From an uncultured Thermoplasmata archaeon (lineage in GTDB: Archaea; Thermoplasmatota; Thermoplasmata; UBA10834), in assembly GCA_963719945.1 (NCBI GenBank), contig CAVRDX010000003.1, positions 64,001-128,000 of the forward strand: DNA of 64,000 nt, given 5' to 3'. A model generated the notes under the pieces. It had not been told where the DNA came from. It did not search any database and saw only the letters and a list, made by a program, of their open reading frames with translations. The position numbers were made by a program, and so were the translations under genes. Positions 26,501 to 35,216 of the stretch are shown here, piece by piece; position 1 is the first letter of the stretch; the number at the start of each line of letters is the position of its first letter.

Positions 26501-27442
26501 ATCGCATATTCCGGGTTCCTGGACCGCCGCCTTGTAGACATTGACACTGGCTCCATCACCCAGTTTTCCATCGAAGGATGGCACATCGCCAGTGAGAACG
26601 ACGAAATCCTCATCTCCACTGTTGACGGCCGAGCACAATGCATCCGTGGATGTGTATACGGTATACAATATTCCGTCAATGTTGACGGTACGTTCTGCAC
26701 CGTAATCTGTCGATCCGTGGTAGTTATCAGCCCTCAAGAATCTGTACCATGACCCCTTGTAGTAGTCATCGAAGATGAACGGTCCGCTGCCGACGATATC
26801 CTCAGGATCCATCGAAGCAAGCGCATTGGGGTAGGTCTCCCAGATGTACTTGGGAACGATTGGCAGGGATGCGATATCATCAATCAAGGTCGCCTTCTCG
26901 TAAGGTGTGTCCATGGCGAACATGAACATGTCCCCAGTTTCATTCGGATCATATCTTATGTTGTCTACTTCGAGTAGGTACCAGTCAAAAGCTCCTCCGG
27001 AGTTGTCTTTCATGGTCTGGAACGAGAATGCGACATCCTCTGCGGTCAACTGGTGGGATTTGTCGCCTGGGTTGGCCGCGTTCCTGAAGTATGCATTTTC
27101 TGTGATGCTGATGTATGTCGTCATCACGCCCGTATCTTCATTGATCTCTTGGTAGAGGCCAGTCGCCAAGTCCGGGATAGGTCCGTTCCAATCCTGGTCG
27201 TACGTGAAAAGCGCACTGTACATCAGATAGCAGACGACGTAATCTTCTACCATCTCCATGGCCAGTGGATTCCAGTTGACGACTTCGCTCAACCATCCTA
27301 CTCTAACAATACCATCTCCATCGGCCGCACTCGCTTTGCCGGCCGCAGGAGACCCGGTGAGTAGCACTGACATGGCTGACACGGCCAGTACCATCACTAT
27401 CATAATCGCTAGCACACGTATAGCTTTTAGACTCATTTTCAT
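23594..27442 (-). CDS. Family-5 ABC substrate-binding protein fused to six PKD-like domains with a C-terminal membrane anchor
   Basis: Signal peptide, LTAEDVAFSF and VGSGPF, six W/F/Y-G/D-D-G/E-type repeats, and a TM helix followed by KRKKK. Confidence 0.88.
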   Translation of the reverse strand: MKMSLKAIRVLAIMIVMVLAVSAMSVLLTGSPAAGKASAADGDGIVRVGWLSEVVNWNPLAMEMVEDYVVCYLMYSALFTYDQDWNGPIPDLATGLYQEINEDTGVMTTYISITENAYFRNAANPGDKSHQLTAEDVAFSFQTMKDNSGGAFDWYLLEVDNIRYDPNETGDMFMFAMDTPYEKATLIDDIASLPIVPKYIWETYPNALASMDPEDIVGSGPFIFDDYYKGSWYRFLRADNYHGSTDYGAERTVNIDGILYTVYTSTDALCSAVNSGDEDFVVLTGDVPSFDGKLGDGASVNVYKAAVQEPGICDIAINAIPASFQKGSYGVHHVALNDPNVRKAIMMTLDKDSIVNGPLKGYAQKGSSVVQPGFWQATIENQVSFDTAEAREWLMDHGWSANADGDAYLEAEAGNLYGVPAGTELSGIRCQAPDTDPTYGAITEMWQGWALEAGIGFTSSTESEITMINIAWYKADYDIWVWHWGWGPEPIGGALSCWLTSEIEGGGDNCQMPMGEWWYDNVNYTDAPAEWELTGAWSSYDQNISEAMTTLDKDARKLIVDKLQQMVYDSYCENPPYYDLGLYGYTDANFDNWGDVSGHSGLNVASDLLWIWFNVKEVTNRAPVFNTVPDDSYLTFTSDGENLEIIVGVSDSEGDPLDVVFEWGDGNEDPPQSILDATTETSVSSSHHYSIEGVYQLNVTVTDNYVDPVTGLRDPIVRSATVEVQGVVNQAPDIISLVSTPSSSQYVDEITTWTVTATDVESWPNGAKVTWDWGDGTYDVNEPTPVGTQVTDTATHAWTSVGTYTVTVWVYENYGLETGSLNVSTDREYTIKVNQPPTEPAIQAMNGIPGSAVTCKASSSDVDPDTLKFTWEWDDGTYTVQSLTPSSVGATVTSTVSHTWDVVGNYTVNVYVDDGNDHNETASRVAVIAEGNVAPGSFELVLTPYPTYIDVATTFNASASDANEDVLVLTIDFGDESDLLSATTAGGTTETQYAEFEHTYVAEGTYTVTVYAYDGEYNESAEFTVEVVPNVAPVLEVQSTFSALYDVERSYQPVSLTDEEDDTITVWYDWGDGSAWTMGGDVDEAYAAVHTYMATGTFTLTVYADDGMGNNVSDVATVTVSEANQRTGISLKADLYEITTGGSVMFTVNVSDLEKDNVTIAISYGDGTTGTANVKFGTTSYFVVFFNHTFEESGTFVVNATADDGQSHSNTTLKMDTKTITVNKKGISLALIGGIAIAVIAAIVAAVLLMKRKKKGGSADGMESVSGMEGMALAEEPPPPQA

Positions 27443-27761
27443 ACAAACAGTCCCCTTGCTGTCTTACTGTTCCCCAATACGTTTGATAGGGGTAAACACC
27501 ATTATCTGGCCCCCCATATCGCGGGGATTAGACTTGATGCTATATAAATGATTTGCGTGCGGGCGCGTCGTGGCTGAACATTGTCTAAATGATACTGCAC
27601 ACATCGGGTCATCACGATGTCTATTGGGGGTTTCGGAGATGCCTCGGTAGTTGGATGCTGGGTAGCATCTGATGATGAAAGTCTGCGGCGGAGAGTTTTC
27701 TACCTGTTCGAATAAAATACAATCCCTGCGGAATTCGTACGAGTCGTCGGATATTTTACAT

Positions 27762-29171
27762 CTATACACGCTTCGACGAAATCTCGAAGTATTTCCAAAA
27801 CACCGTTATAACACTCTTCTCGAAATCCTTCATTCCCTTTACGACCGCGAACTCGTTAGGTGCATGAGCTCGTCCACCATGTCCTAGTCCAGCACAGGTC
27901 CACGGAACCCCCAGGACCTGATCGAAGAGATAGTACGGTGCCGATCCGGCATGCATCGGCCACACCTCCGGCTCCTTTCCATGATATCTCATCGTCTCGA
28001 CGCACGCTCTGGAGACATCGGCGGTCGGTGATACTTTCGACCAAGGATAGTCCTCATAGTTCCTCATCTTGATGTCCGTGAACCCTCTCCTCTTCAGATG
28101 TCCCATGACCTTCGCCCTGGTCTTCTCGATGGTCATGTCCGGGACTATCCTGATGTCGATCTTAGCCTTGGCCCTCGGCGGCAGCACCGTCTTCGTGCCA
28201 TCCTCGGTGAACCCTGCGAGTAGCCCGTCTATGTTGACCGAGGGTTCGAACAGATACTTCCTGAGCATATCCTCCTTGCTGCCATCGGCCTTGAATTTGC
28301 TCGCTCCCAGATCCTTCATGTATGCATCAGGATCGAACTTCTTCGCGAGCTCCTTGACCAGCTCCAGATCCTCGGAACTCGGAGAACGCACGTCATCCCA
28401 TAATCCGTCGATCGTAGGCTGCTGATTCTCGTCGACCATGGTCGATATGGCATGCACGAGCCTCCACACGGGGCTGTGTATCCACACGGCCTCGCTACTG
28501 TGTACCTCGCCTTCCATGGGACCCCCTGTCTGCTTCGTCCCTTCGGCCTCGAGGTCGAAATATACGCACCCCTTCATCCCGAAGGCTATCACTGGAACCC
28601 CGTCAGCATTCTCGCCATAATCGAAGGTGAACGCTGTGTCGGCCTTCGACAGCTTCCCCTTGTTCTTATTCACGTATTTAGGTAGGCTGAGTCCGCCCAG
28701 TTCTTCCTCGCCTTCTATAAGGAAATGAACGTTCATGGGCATCTCATCATTGTCCACCATCGTTCGGATGGCAAGGAGGGACCCAGCGAGCGCACCCTTT
28801 GAATTGGCGACTCCTCGATTCACTAGAATTTCCCCGTAGGGTTTCTTCCGGACTATAGTCGCCCCGAACGGTGGGTGATCCCATTCTTTGATGTCTCCCA
28901 CAGGCATGACATCGTACATTCCGTACACGAGAGCGGTCTTCTCTGACCCCACATCGAGATATCCCGTGACCAGTGGGTGGCTCTTCTTCCCCGCCCTGAA
29001 AAACTTCGGTTCGGCGCCGAGTTTCGAGATCATATCTCCTACAGCGTGAGCGCTTTCTTCGATCCCCTCACCTGTCATCGAGACGCTCGGTATCTGCAAC
29101 AATCTCCTTGTCTCGCTCAGATGCTGGTCCCAGGACTTGTCTATCTTGCCGTGAAGTTTCTTCAGAGTCAT
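27762..29171 (-). CDS. M20 family dipeptidase/metallopeptidase
   Basis: YGMYDVMP, RGVANSKG, EGEEE and AHAPNE motifs. The start is reassigned to MTLKK (29171) to avoid overlap with the upstream small gene. Confidence 0.9.
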   Translation of the reverse strand: MTLKKLHGKIDKSWDQHLSETRRLLQIPSVSMTGEGIEESAHAVGDMISKLGAEPKFFRAGKKSHPLVTGYLDVGSEKTALVYGMYDVMPVGDIKEWDHPPFGATIVRKKPYGEILVNRGVANSKGALAGSLLAIRTMVDNDEMPMNVHFLIEGEEELGGLSLPKYVNKNKGKLSKADTAFTFDYGENADGVPVIAFGMKGCVYFDLEAEGTKQTGGPMEGEVHSSEAVWIHSPVWRLVHAISTMVDENQQPTIDGLWDDVRSPSSEDLELVKELAKKFDPDAYMKDLGASKFKADGSKEDMLRKYLFEPSVNIDGLLAGFTEDGTKTVLPPRAKAKIDIRIVPDMTIEKTRAKVMGHLKRRGFTDIKMRNYEDYPWSKVSPTADVSRACVETMRYHGKEPEVWPMHAGSAPYYLFDQVLGVPWTCAGLGHGGRAHAPNEFAVVKGMKDFEKSVITVFWKYFEISSKRV

Positions 29172-29215
29172 CGACCCAACTCCCCCAGGACGGAGTATAT
29201 GCTGCAATGTCCGTT

Positions 29216-29356
29216 TCAGTTGCCCAGGAACCTTGGCTTGGACGCCCTCTCGTTCTTGGCTATCTGCTGGACGGGTCCGTTGTGACACTTCACCGCGCTC
29301 TGCTCATCAGAATAAACCTTGCCGCATGTGAAGCACTTATACATGGTCTGAGTCAT
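29216..29356 (-). CDS. Small (46 aa) zinc-finger-like protein
   Basis: YKCFTCGKVY-x8-CH with a GGAG RBS upstream; fills the gap in a co-oriented gene run. Confidence 0.7.
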   Translation of the reverse strand: MTQTMYKCFTCGKVYSDEQSAVKCHNGPVQQIAKNERASKPRFLGN

Positions 29357-29438
29357 GTGGGCATCTCCTAGACTGGTCTCCGTGTCCTGCTGCTTCCGCA
29401 TCAGCGACATGGATAATTAATCTTGTCAGTTACAGCCA

Positions 29439-29708
29439 TCAGGATAGATGCTTCGCCAGGGCGTTCCTCGCCTCGGCCGTGAGTTCTGCATCCTGTTTCC
29501 CCAGGGTCTCCTCTAGAGTGGCCAATGTGACCGGGGCTTTCAAGAATACAGGGATGTAGCTCGTGGTCGTGTCGATTACGAGTACCGCCACTAACTCGTT
29601 CTCTTCCAGCTTCCTTTCTTCGATCATAGCCTTGAACTCGACGAAAGGTCGGATGTCCGGAGGTACATTCTTCACCTCCGTGATGGTCACAAGGTTAGCT
29701 TTGTACAT
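29439..29708 (-). CDS. DUF749-like protein (HdrB-associated)
   Basis: MYKANLV...PFVEFKA...TTSYIPVFL directly downstream of hdrB. Confidence 0.75.
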   Translation of the reverse strand: MYKANLVTITEVKNVPPDIRPFVEFKAMIEERKLEENELVAVLVIDTTTSYIPVFLKAPVTLATLEETLGKQDAELTAEARNALAKHLS

Positions 29709-29728
29709 CTCCGGACACCTCATGGTTT

Positions 29729-30580
29729 CTACAGGTTTACCTTGGTCTGGTGCACTTCCAGTCCGAGTTTCTCCTTGTCCATGCCGAAAGCAAGTCCCAG
29801 GAGCTGTGACAGGTGCAGCACCGGCGTGTGGTATTCCTTCAGCTGCATCTGACCGACATCGTACTGTAGGTGACAGAACGGACAGCAATCGACGATGACT
29901 TCCGCTCCAGCGGCCTTCATGTTGTCGAGGTTCTCTTTAGTCATCTTGAGTGCGACATCAGGTGTCCTCGCCCTGACTCCGCCGCCTGCTCCGCAACAGG
30001 TGCCCTTGTCCTTGTATGGGACGCTCGTCATGCCCGCGGCCTCGACTATATCGTCGAACACATGAGGTCTTTCCGCGTCATCGATCTTCTTGATGTTGCT
30101 CGGCTTCAGGAAGTGGCAGCCATAGTGGACGGCGGCCTTGAGGTTCCTCCCTCCCTTCACCTTCGCTCTTACAGCCTCGACGCCGATGTCTTTGTAGATG
30201 AGTTCGACGAAGTGCCTGACGTTCACAGTGCCGTTGTATTCCATGCCCGTCGCGTCCTTCAATATCTTGTTGACCTTCTTGCGGAGCTCAGGGTCGTGGT
30301 TGAGCTTGTGTGCGACCTCGAACAGCGTGTCGAAGCATCCGTTGCAGATGGTGAGCACGTCCATGCCCATCCTCTCGGCTATCGCGAGGTTCCTGGCACC
30401 GACGCTCATCCAATACATCTGGTCGAACGACCTCATGACACCGGGAGCTGGGCAGCAGCTGGCCCCTTTCATATCCTCGAGTTCTACGCCCAATGATTCC
30501 AAGACCTGTCTCGTGGAGCTCTCTATCCCGGGATATCTGAGCGGCATGATGCATCCCAGGAAGAATGCGTACTTCGCCAT
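29729..30580 (-). CDS. hdrB: Heterodisulfide reductase subunit B
   Basis: FLGC, SCCPAPG, TICNGC, HYGCH, CCGAGGG and CPFCHLQYD (two CCG domains). Confidence 0.96.
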   Translation of the reverse strand: MAKYAFFLGCIMPLRYPGIESSTRQVLESLGVELEDMKGASCCPAPGVMRSFDQMYWMSVGARNLAIAERMGMDVLTICNGCFDTLFEVAHKLNHDPELRKKVNKILKDATGMEYNGTVNVRHFVELIYKDIGVEAVRAKVKGGRNLKAAVHYGCHFLKPSNIKKIDDAERPHVFDDIVEAAGMTSVPYKDKGTCCGAGGGVRARTPDVALKMTKENLDNMKAAGAEVIVDCCPFCHLQYDVGQMQLKEYHTPVLHLSQLLGLAFGMDKEKLGLEVHQTKVNL

Positions 30581-30581
30581 T

Positions 30582-31103
30582 TCACTTGCCTCCTGTCACT
30601 AGCTTGTCGAATCCGCACAGCGCGCTGATCTTCTTCACTTCCTCCAGAGCCTTTGGGTCGGAGAAGACCGTCGGTGGGGTCTCGAGAAGCCCGAGTTTCT
30701 TTCTCAATGCCTTGTCCTCGTCCCTGAGGGACACTAGGTGGCCTGTCTTCGATATCAGTTCCGCGACCTTCCTGTGCGGCTCTGCCATGTATCCCTTCCT
30801 GACGGCCATGTTCCTGAGGGCCATTATGATATCGACGATCTCGACACCCCTTGGGCACCTCTCATAGCACGTGAAACAGGTAGTGCAAAGCCAGAGATCA
30901 TCGGATGGCAATACATCCTCCTCGAATCCCAGCTGCGCCCTCCTGACGACCTTCCTCACCCTGAAGGCGGTCTGCCTTCCGGATGGGCAGCTGCCAGTGC
31001 AGGTGCCGCATTGGAAACAGAGATTGACTGTCTTGCCTCCCGCTTCTATTACCTTACGTGTGAATTCCGGATTGGGTTCCTTAGCTTCCGCCAAAAGACT
31101 CAC
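30582..31103 (-). CDS. hdrC: Heterodisulfide reductase subunit C
   Basis: CFQCGTCTGSCPSG and LWLCTTCFTCYERCPRGV. Confidence 0.95.
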   Translation of the reverse strand: MSLLAEAKEPNPEFTRKVIEAGGKTVNLCFQCGTCTGSCPSGRQTAFRVRKVVRRAQLGFEEDVLPSDDLWLCTTCFTCYERCPRGVEIVDIIMALRNMAVRKGYMAEPHRKVAELISKTGHLVSLRDEDKALRKKLGLLETPPTVFSDPKALEEVKKISALCGFDKLVTGGK

Positions 31104-31158
31104 CGGGCGAGGAACCGATGCCGCCGTATATGAGGGTTTTGCTGAAATGGGTCATGCA

Positions 31159-31980
31159 TTATCCTTTGGGATAAAGCCCTGCTCTCCTGGCCTCATCGAT
31201 GAACGCGGCGACATCCGCATGGTCCGAGAACGGGATCGCCATGATCGAATGAATCGACCATCTCTGCTCGGTCGCATCCTCCGCCTTCACTATGCCTCTC
31301 CTGACTAGACTCCGGTTGACGAAGTAGCTCAGTTCGGTATAGTCGAGCATCGCGGGCTCGAATACCTTGAAGACGACTTGGTGTTCGACCTTCTTCTCTT
31401 CCAGATGTCGGAACCCCAACCTCTGCGCTCCGAACGCCAGATTCAGGTATCTCGGACCGGAATCTCTGTGCAGGAGCAGATCGCTGCCAACCTCAGTCCC
31501 AACGACCTCCTGGGACCGCTCCATTGCGAAGAGCGCATCGTCCAGGACCATGCAGTCCATGATTCCCTGATCCGCCATCCTCAGATTCTCATCGTCGGTC
31601 GAGATCCATATGCTGCAATCGATCCCCTTCTTCGAGAGCGCCGTGGCGGCGGTCAGGAGGCAGCTCTCCGAAACGAGGGTGCCTGCGACCTTTAGCTGCG
31701 GTTGGTCGTCGAGCCTCTTCTCATACGATGCGAATCTGTCGATGAGTTCCATGCCTTGAACTGTCAGTTTCGATCCTTTACTGTTCGATTCGACGAGCGA
31801 TACCCCGATCTTCGCTTCCACTTCTCTGATATACTTATACAATACAGGTGTCGATATCCCCAACTCTTCCGCGGCCTTCTTCATGCTGCCCCTTCTCTTC
31901 AGGGCGGATAACGCTACCAATTGTCTATGGGTGATGTTCTCGCCATCGACCACCAATGCTGCGCGCGCTCGCACATTCAT
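31159..31980 (-). CDS. ModE/LysR-type HTH transcription regulator
   Basis: GSMKKAAEELGISTPVLYKYIREVE...GSKLT N-terminal HTH followed by a PBP-like region. Confidence 0.8.
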   Translation of the reverse strand: MNVRARAALVVDGENITHRQLVALSALKRRGSMKKAAEELGISTPVLYKYIREVEAKIGVSLVESNSKGSKLTVQGMELIDRFASYEKRLDDQPQLKVAGTLVSESCLLTAATALSKKGIDCSIWISTDDENLRMADQGIMDCMVLDDALFAMERSQEVVGTEVGSDLLLHRDSGPRYLNLAFGAQRLGFRHLEEKKVEHQVVFKVFEPAMLDYTELSYFVNRSLVRRGIVKAEDATEQRWSIHSIMAIPFSDHADVAAFIDEARRAGLYPKG

Positions 31981-31983
31981 GGC

Positions 31984-33141
31984 TCATCTCCTCCTTCTGA
32001 GGCCATATGTGCTCAGAAGCAGCATCGCAGCAGCGAAGCAGATCAAGACCGTGACCTCGGGCCATACCTCTCCTATTCCCCAACCTCTGATCATGATGGA
32101 CCTGCACCCCTCGACCGCGTAGGTCAAAGGTATGAAGTTCGAGACGGGTCTCAGGAGGTCAGGTACCGCCTCGATGGGCCAGAACACACCGGCCAAGAGG
32201 ATCGAAGGGAATAGTATGAGCGGCATGAATTGAACTGCCTGGAATTCGTTCTTGGCTATGGATGACAGGAGGAATCCAAGGCCTTGATTCCCGACACCCA
32301 ACAGGAATACCACGAGGAGCACCAGGAGGGCGCTGCCGACTATCTGCACCTGGAACAGAAGGATCGCAGTGGAGAGTATCACAAGCGACTGGATTAGCCC
32401 TACGACCCCCAGTGCGATAGCATATCCTGCGACTATCTCCCCTTCTGTCAAAGGCGTTGTGAGCAATCGGTCGAGGGTCCCCGTCGACCGCTCGTGCACG
32501 AACGATATGATTGATAGCATGAATGTCACCATCATCGCGGCGAGGCCCATGACACCGGGTGCGAAGAAGTCTATGAATTCCGCGCCCTCTCCGTATACCA
32601 TGTTTTGGGAGACGATCACCGGTGATGCGATATCGTATTGGGTTAGCAGGACCTGTTGCACTGTTGTCTGGACTTCGGTGATTATCGCGCTCGCAATATT
32701 CGGATTGCTCGCATCGATATAGATCATCAGTATGCCATGGATGCTCGACAAGTGATCCGCAGGTCCATCGATTGCCGATTCCACATTGCTCGAGAAGTTC
32801 TGCGGGAAGACGATCACGGCCCATGCGTCTCCGTCCCTCACATTGCCTACAACGCTGTCGACTGATTGGGCATATCCATCCGGCAAGGACGGTTCGAGGA
32901 TCCTCAGGACTTCCCCTGATTGTAGTTCATCGATTATCGAGGCAGATGTGGAACCGTTGACCGTTCCCTCGTCGAGATTGACGATGTATACGGAAATGTC
33001 CTTCAGCTCTCCACCAAATGTGTAGCCGAAGATGGCTATCATGAAGAGTGGCATGAGTACGAGGAATCCCGCGGTCCTTCGATCGTGCTTCAACGACCTC
33101 AGCGTCTTCCTAGTGACCGCCATCACACGTTTGAATTTCAT
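31984..33141 (-). CDS. ABC-2 type exporter permease
   Basis: ERSTGTLDRLL and PLTYAVEG motifs; multiple TM helices. Confidence 0.92.
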   Translation of the reverse strand: MKFKRVMAVTRKTLRSLKHDRRTAGFLVLMPLFMIAIFGYTFGGELKDISVYIVNLDEGTVNGSTSASIIDELQSGEVLRILEPSLPDGYAQSVDSVVGNVRDGDAWAVIVFPQNFSSNVESAIDGPADHLSSIHGILMIYIDASNPNIASAIITEVQTTVQQVLLTQYDIASPVIVSQNMVYGEGAEFIDFFAPGVMGLAAMMVTFMLSIISFVHERSTGTLDRLLTTPLTEGEIVAGYAIALGVVGLIQSLVILSTAILLFQVQIVGSALLVLLVVFLLGVGNQGLGFLLSSIAKNEFQAVQFMPLILFPSILLAGVFWPIEAVPDLLRPVSNFIPLTYAVEGCRSIMIRGWGIGEVWPEVTVLICFAAAMLLLSTYGLRRRR

Positions 33142-33920
33142 TTCACTACCCCCTTCGAGAATGTCATGAATGCATCCTCCAAGTTGGTTGTCGATGACCT
33201 GTCCATCAGGTCTCTAGGTGATCCTTCGGCTATGAGTTTCCCCTGCCTCATCATCCCGACGACGTCGCATCTCACGGCTTCGTCCATGTAGTGTGTTGTG
33301 ATGACGACCGTCCTTCCTCGAGACTTGAGGTCATCAAAGTAATGCCAGAAACCCATCCGCAGCTCCGGGTCTACACCGACCGTAGGCTCATCCAAGAACA
33401 GAACCTCCGGATCGTGCATCATCGCACAGGCCAGCGATACCCTGTGCTTCATTCCCCCACTCAGTTGGGATGCGAGGCTATCTCCACGGTCACTGAGGTC
33501 GACCATGGAAAGTAGCTCCTCCTGCCTCTTGAGCAGTCCCTCTTGGTCCATGGAGTAGATGCTGCCGAACAGTTGCAGGTTCTCGGACACTGTGAGGTCT
33601 GTGTAGATCGCCATTTCCTGTGGCATGTACCCTATATCCGAAACCTTCACCTTCAATGGGATGCGCTCGCCGAGAACCTCCGCAGTTCCCGAGTTCGGCT
33701 TGAGCAGACCCACAAGCATCTTTATCGTTGTCGTCTTGCCAGATCCATTCGGCCCGATCATGCCATATAGGGTCCCTTTGCCGATCATGAGGTCCAAATC
33801 ATCCACTGCGACAAGGTCGTCGAACTCCTTTCTAAGCTGATGAGTCACGATAGCGTGTTCTTCGTGGGACGAGCTCTCATCGCGCGTGCCTCCCACCATC
33901 TTCACACTCCTTCTCTTCAT
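33138..33920 (-). CDS. ABC-2 type exporter ATP-binding protein
   Basis: GPNGSGKTT, LSGGM, LDEPT and TTH motifs. Confidence 0.95.
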   Translation of the reverse strand: MKRRSVKMVGGTRDESSSHEEHAIVTHQLRKEFDDLVAVDDLDLMIGKGTLYGMIGPNGSGKTTTIKMLVGLLKPNSGTAEVLGERIPLKVKVSDIGYMPQEMAIYTDLTVSENLQLFGSIYSMDQEGLLKRQEELLSMVDLSDRGDSLASQLSGGMKHRVSLACAMMHDPEVLFLDEPTVGVDPELRMGFWHYFDDLKSRGRTVVITTHYMDEAVRCDVVGMMRQGKLIAEGSPRDLMDRSSTTNLEDAFMTFSKGVVK

Positions 33921-34543
33921 CTCGCCACCTTCTCCTCCAACCTGACGCCATTGACGAATACAGATGCGAAACCTCTGATGTAGATCTCATCCCCGACGGG
34001 GTCAAGGTCATCTCCTCCGAGCATGTACCGTGTGATGAAGTATCCCTGGACCATGCCCATCAGTGCCCTTGCAGCCACCTCTGGCTGAATCTCACGTATC
34101 CTTCCTTCTTCCACGAGCCTTGTCATCATCGCCGTGAGGAATTCGATTCCTCTTTGCATGACGGTCTCGGACAACATCTTCCTACTTTTCGGATATCGCC
34201 ATGCATCTCCAAGAACGACCATGAACAGATGTCTGTTCTTCTTAAGGATTGAGAGCACCGTTCTCACGTTGTGCACTATCAGCTCTTCGAGTGGTGCATC
34301 GTCGTCGAACCTCACATGCCCGGCGATATCATTCAGGACCGACTTCTCTGCAATGACTGCGGAGAAGAGTGCATTCTTCGACTTGAACTGCCTGAAGACC
34401 GTCACCTCATTGACTCCTGCACGTTCGGCGATCTCCTTGGTGGTGGCTGCAGTGAATCCTTTGCTTCCGAACACCTCCAATGCAGTCTTGAGTATCCTCT
34501 CCCTTGAATCTGTGGATCTCAAGCCTTTCGTTCGCCCTCTCAT
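33917..34543 (-). CDS. TetR/AcrR family regulator
   Basis: GFTAATTKEIAERAGVNEVTVFRQFKSK; heads the ABC-2 operon. Confidence 0.93.
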   Translation of the reverse strand: MRGRTKGLRSTDSRERILKTALEVFGSKGFTAATTKEIAERAGVNEVTVFRQFKSKNALFSAVIAEKSVLNDIAGHVRFDDDAPLEELIVHNVRTVLSILKKNRHLFMVVLGDAWRYPKSRKMLSETVMQRGIEFLTAMMTRLVEEGRIREIQPEVAARALMGMVQGYFITRYMLGGDDLDPVGDEIYIRGFASVFVNGVRLEEKVAR

Positions 34544-34550
34544 CAATGAG

Positions 34551-34568
34551 TGCAAGTACTTACTTGCA
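34551..34568. promoter_or_regulatory. Probable TetR operator
   Basis: Perfect inverted repeat TGCAAGTA-CT-TACTTGCA immediately upstream of the tetR ATG. Confidence 0.7.
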
Positions 34569-34703
34569 TATATTCGTTACTGACCGCCATGTCATATTCG
34601 ATACGACAGTCGACTCGAATGTATGGGCTGGACTGGTTATCATCAGTGAGATTCCTGGTCTGAACGATTATATAGACAAGGGATTATTTCCAAAGCGTTC
34701 TGA

Positions 34704-35216
34704 ATGCCTTCAAGAAAGTACATACTCAAGCTTTGTCTCCTCGGTGACGGTGCCGTCGGGAAGACGAGCCTTGTCCGAAGATATGTTCATGATTCTTTCG
34801 ATGACAAGTATCTGATATCTTTCGGAACCAAAGTGTCCAAGAAGACCGTCACGGTCTCGGAGGCGGACGCCGATCTTATGATATGGGATATTCTGGGACA
34901 AAAGACCCACGAATCCCTCCATTCCGCGTACTACAGAGGCGCCGCAGGCGCCTTCGCTGTATGTGATTTCACCCGAAAGCCGACGGTCGAATCCGTGGCC
35001 ACTTGGATCGACAGCCTCAGAGAGGTTGTGGGCGACATCCCGATCATAATGCTCGCCAACAAGTGCGACCTCCCGAAGGCTTTCCCGTCTGAAGAGATAC
35101 GTTCCATTGCATCATCGAAAGGCTGTGATATGATGGAAACGAGCGCCAAGACGGGAGAGAACGTCGAAGAGGCCTTCCTAGCATTGACCCGGAAGATCCT
35201 GGAGGCGAATCCATGA
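34704..35216 (+). CDS. Small Ras-superfamily (Rab-like) GTPase
   Basis: G1 GDGAVGKT, G3 WDILGQ, YYRGA, G4 NKCD and G5 TSAK; 170 aa. Confidence 0.93.
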   Translation: MPSRKYILKLCLLGDGAVGKTSLVRRYVHDSFDDKYLISFGTKVSKKTVTVSEADADLMIWDILGQKTHESLHSAYYRGAAGAFAVCDFTRKPTVESVATWIDSLREVVGDIPIIMLANKCDLPKAFPSEEIRSIASSKGCDMMETSAKTGENVEEAFLALTRKILEANP

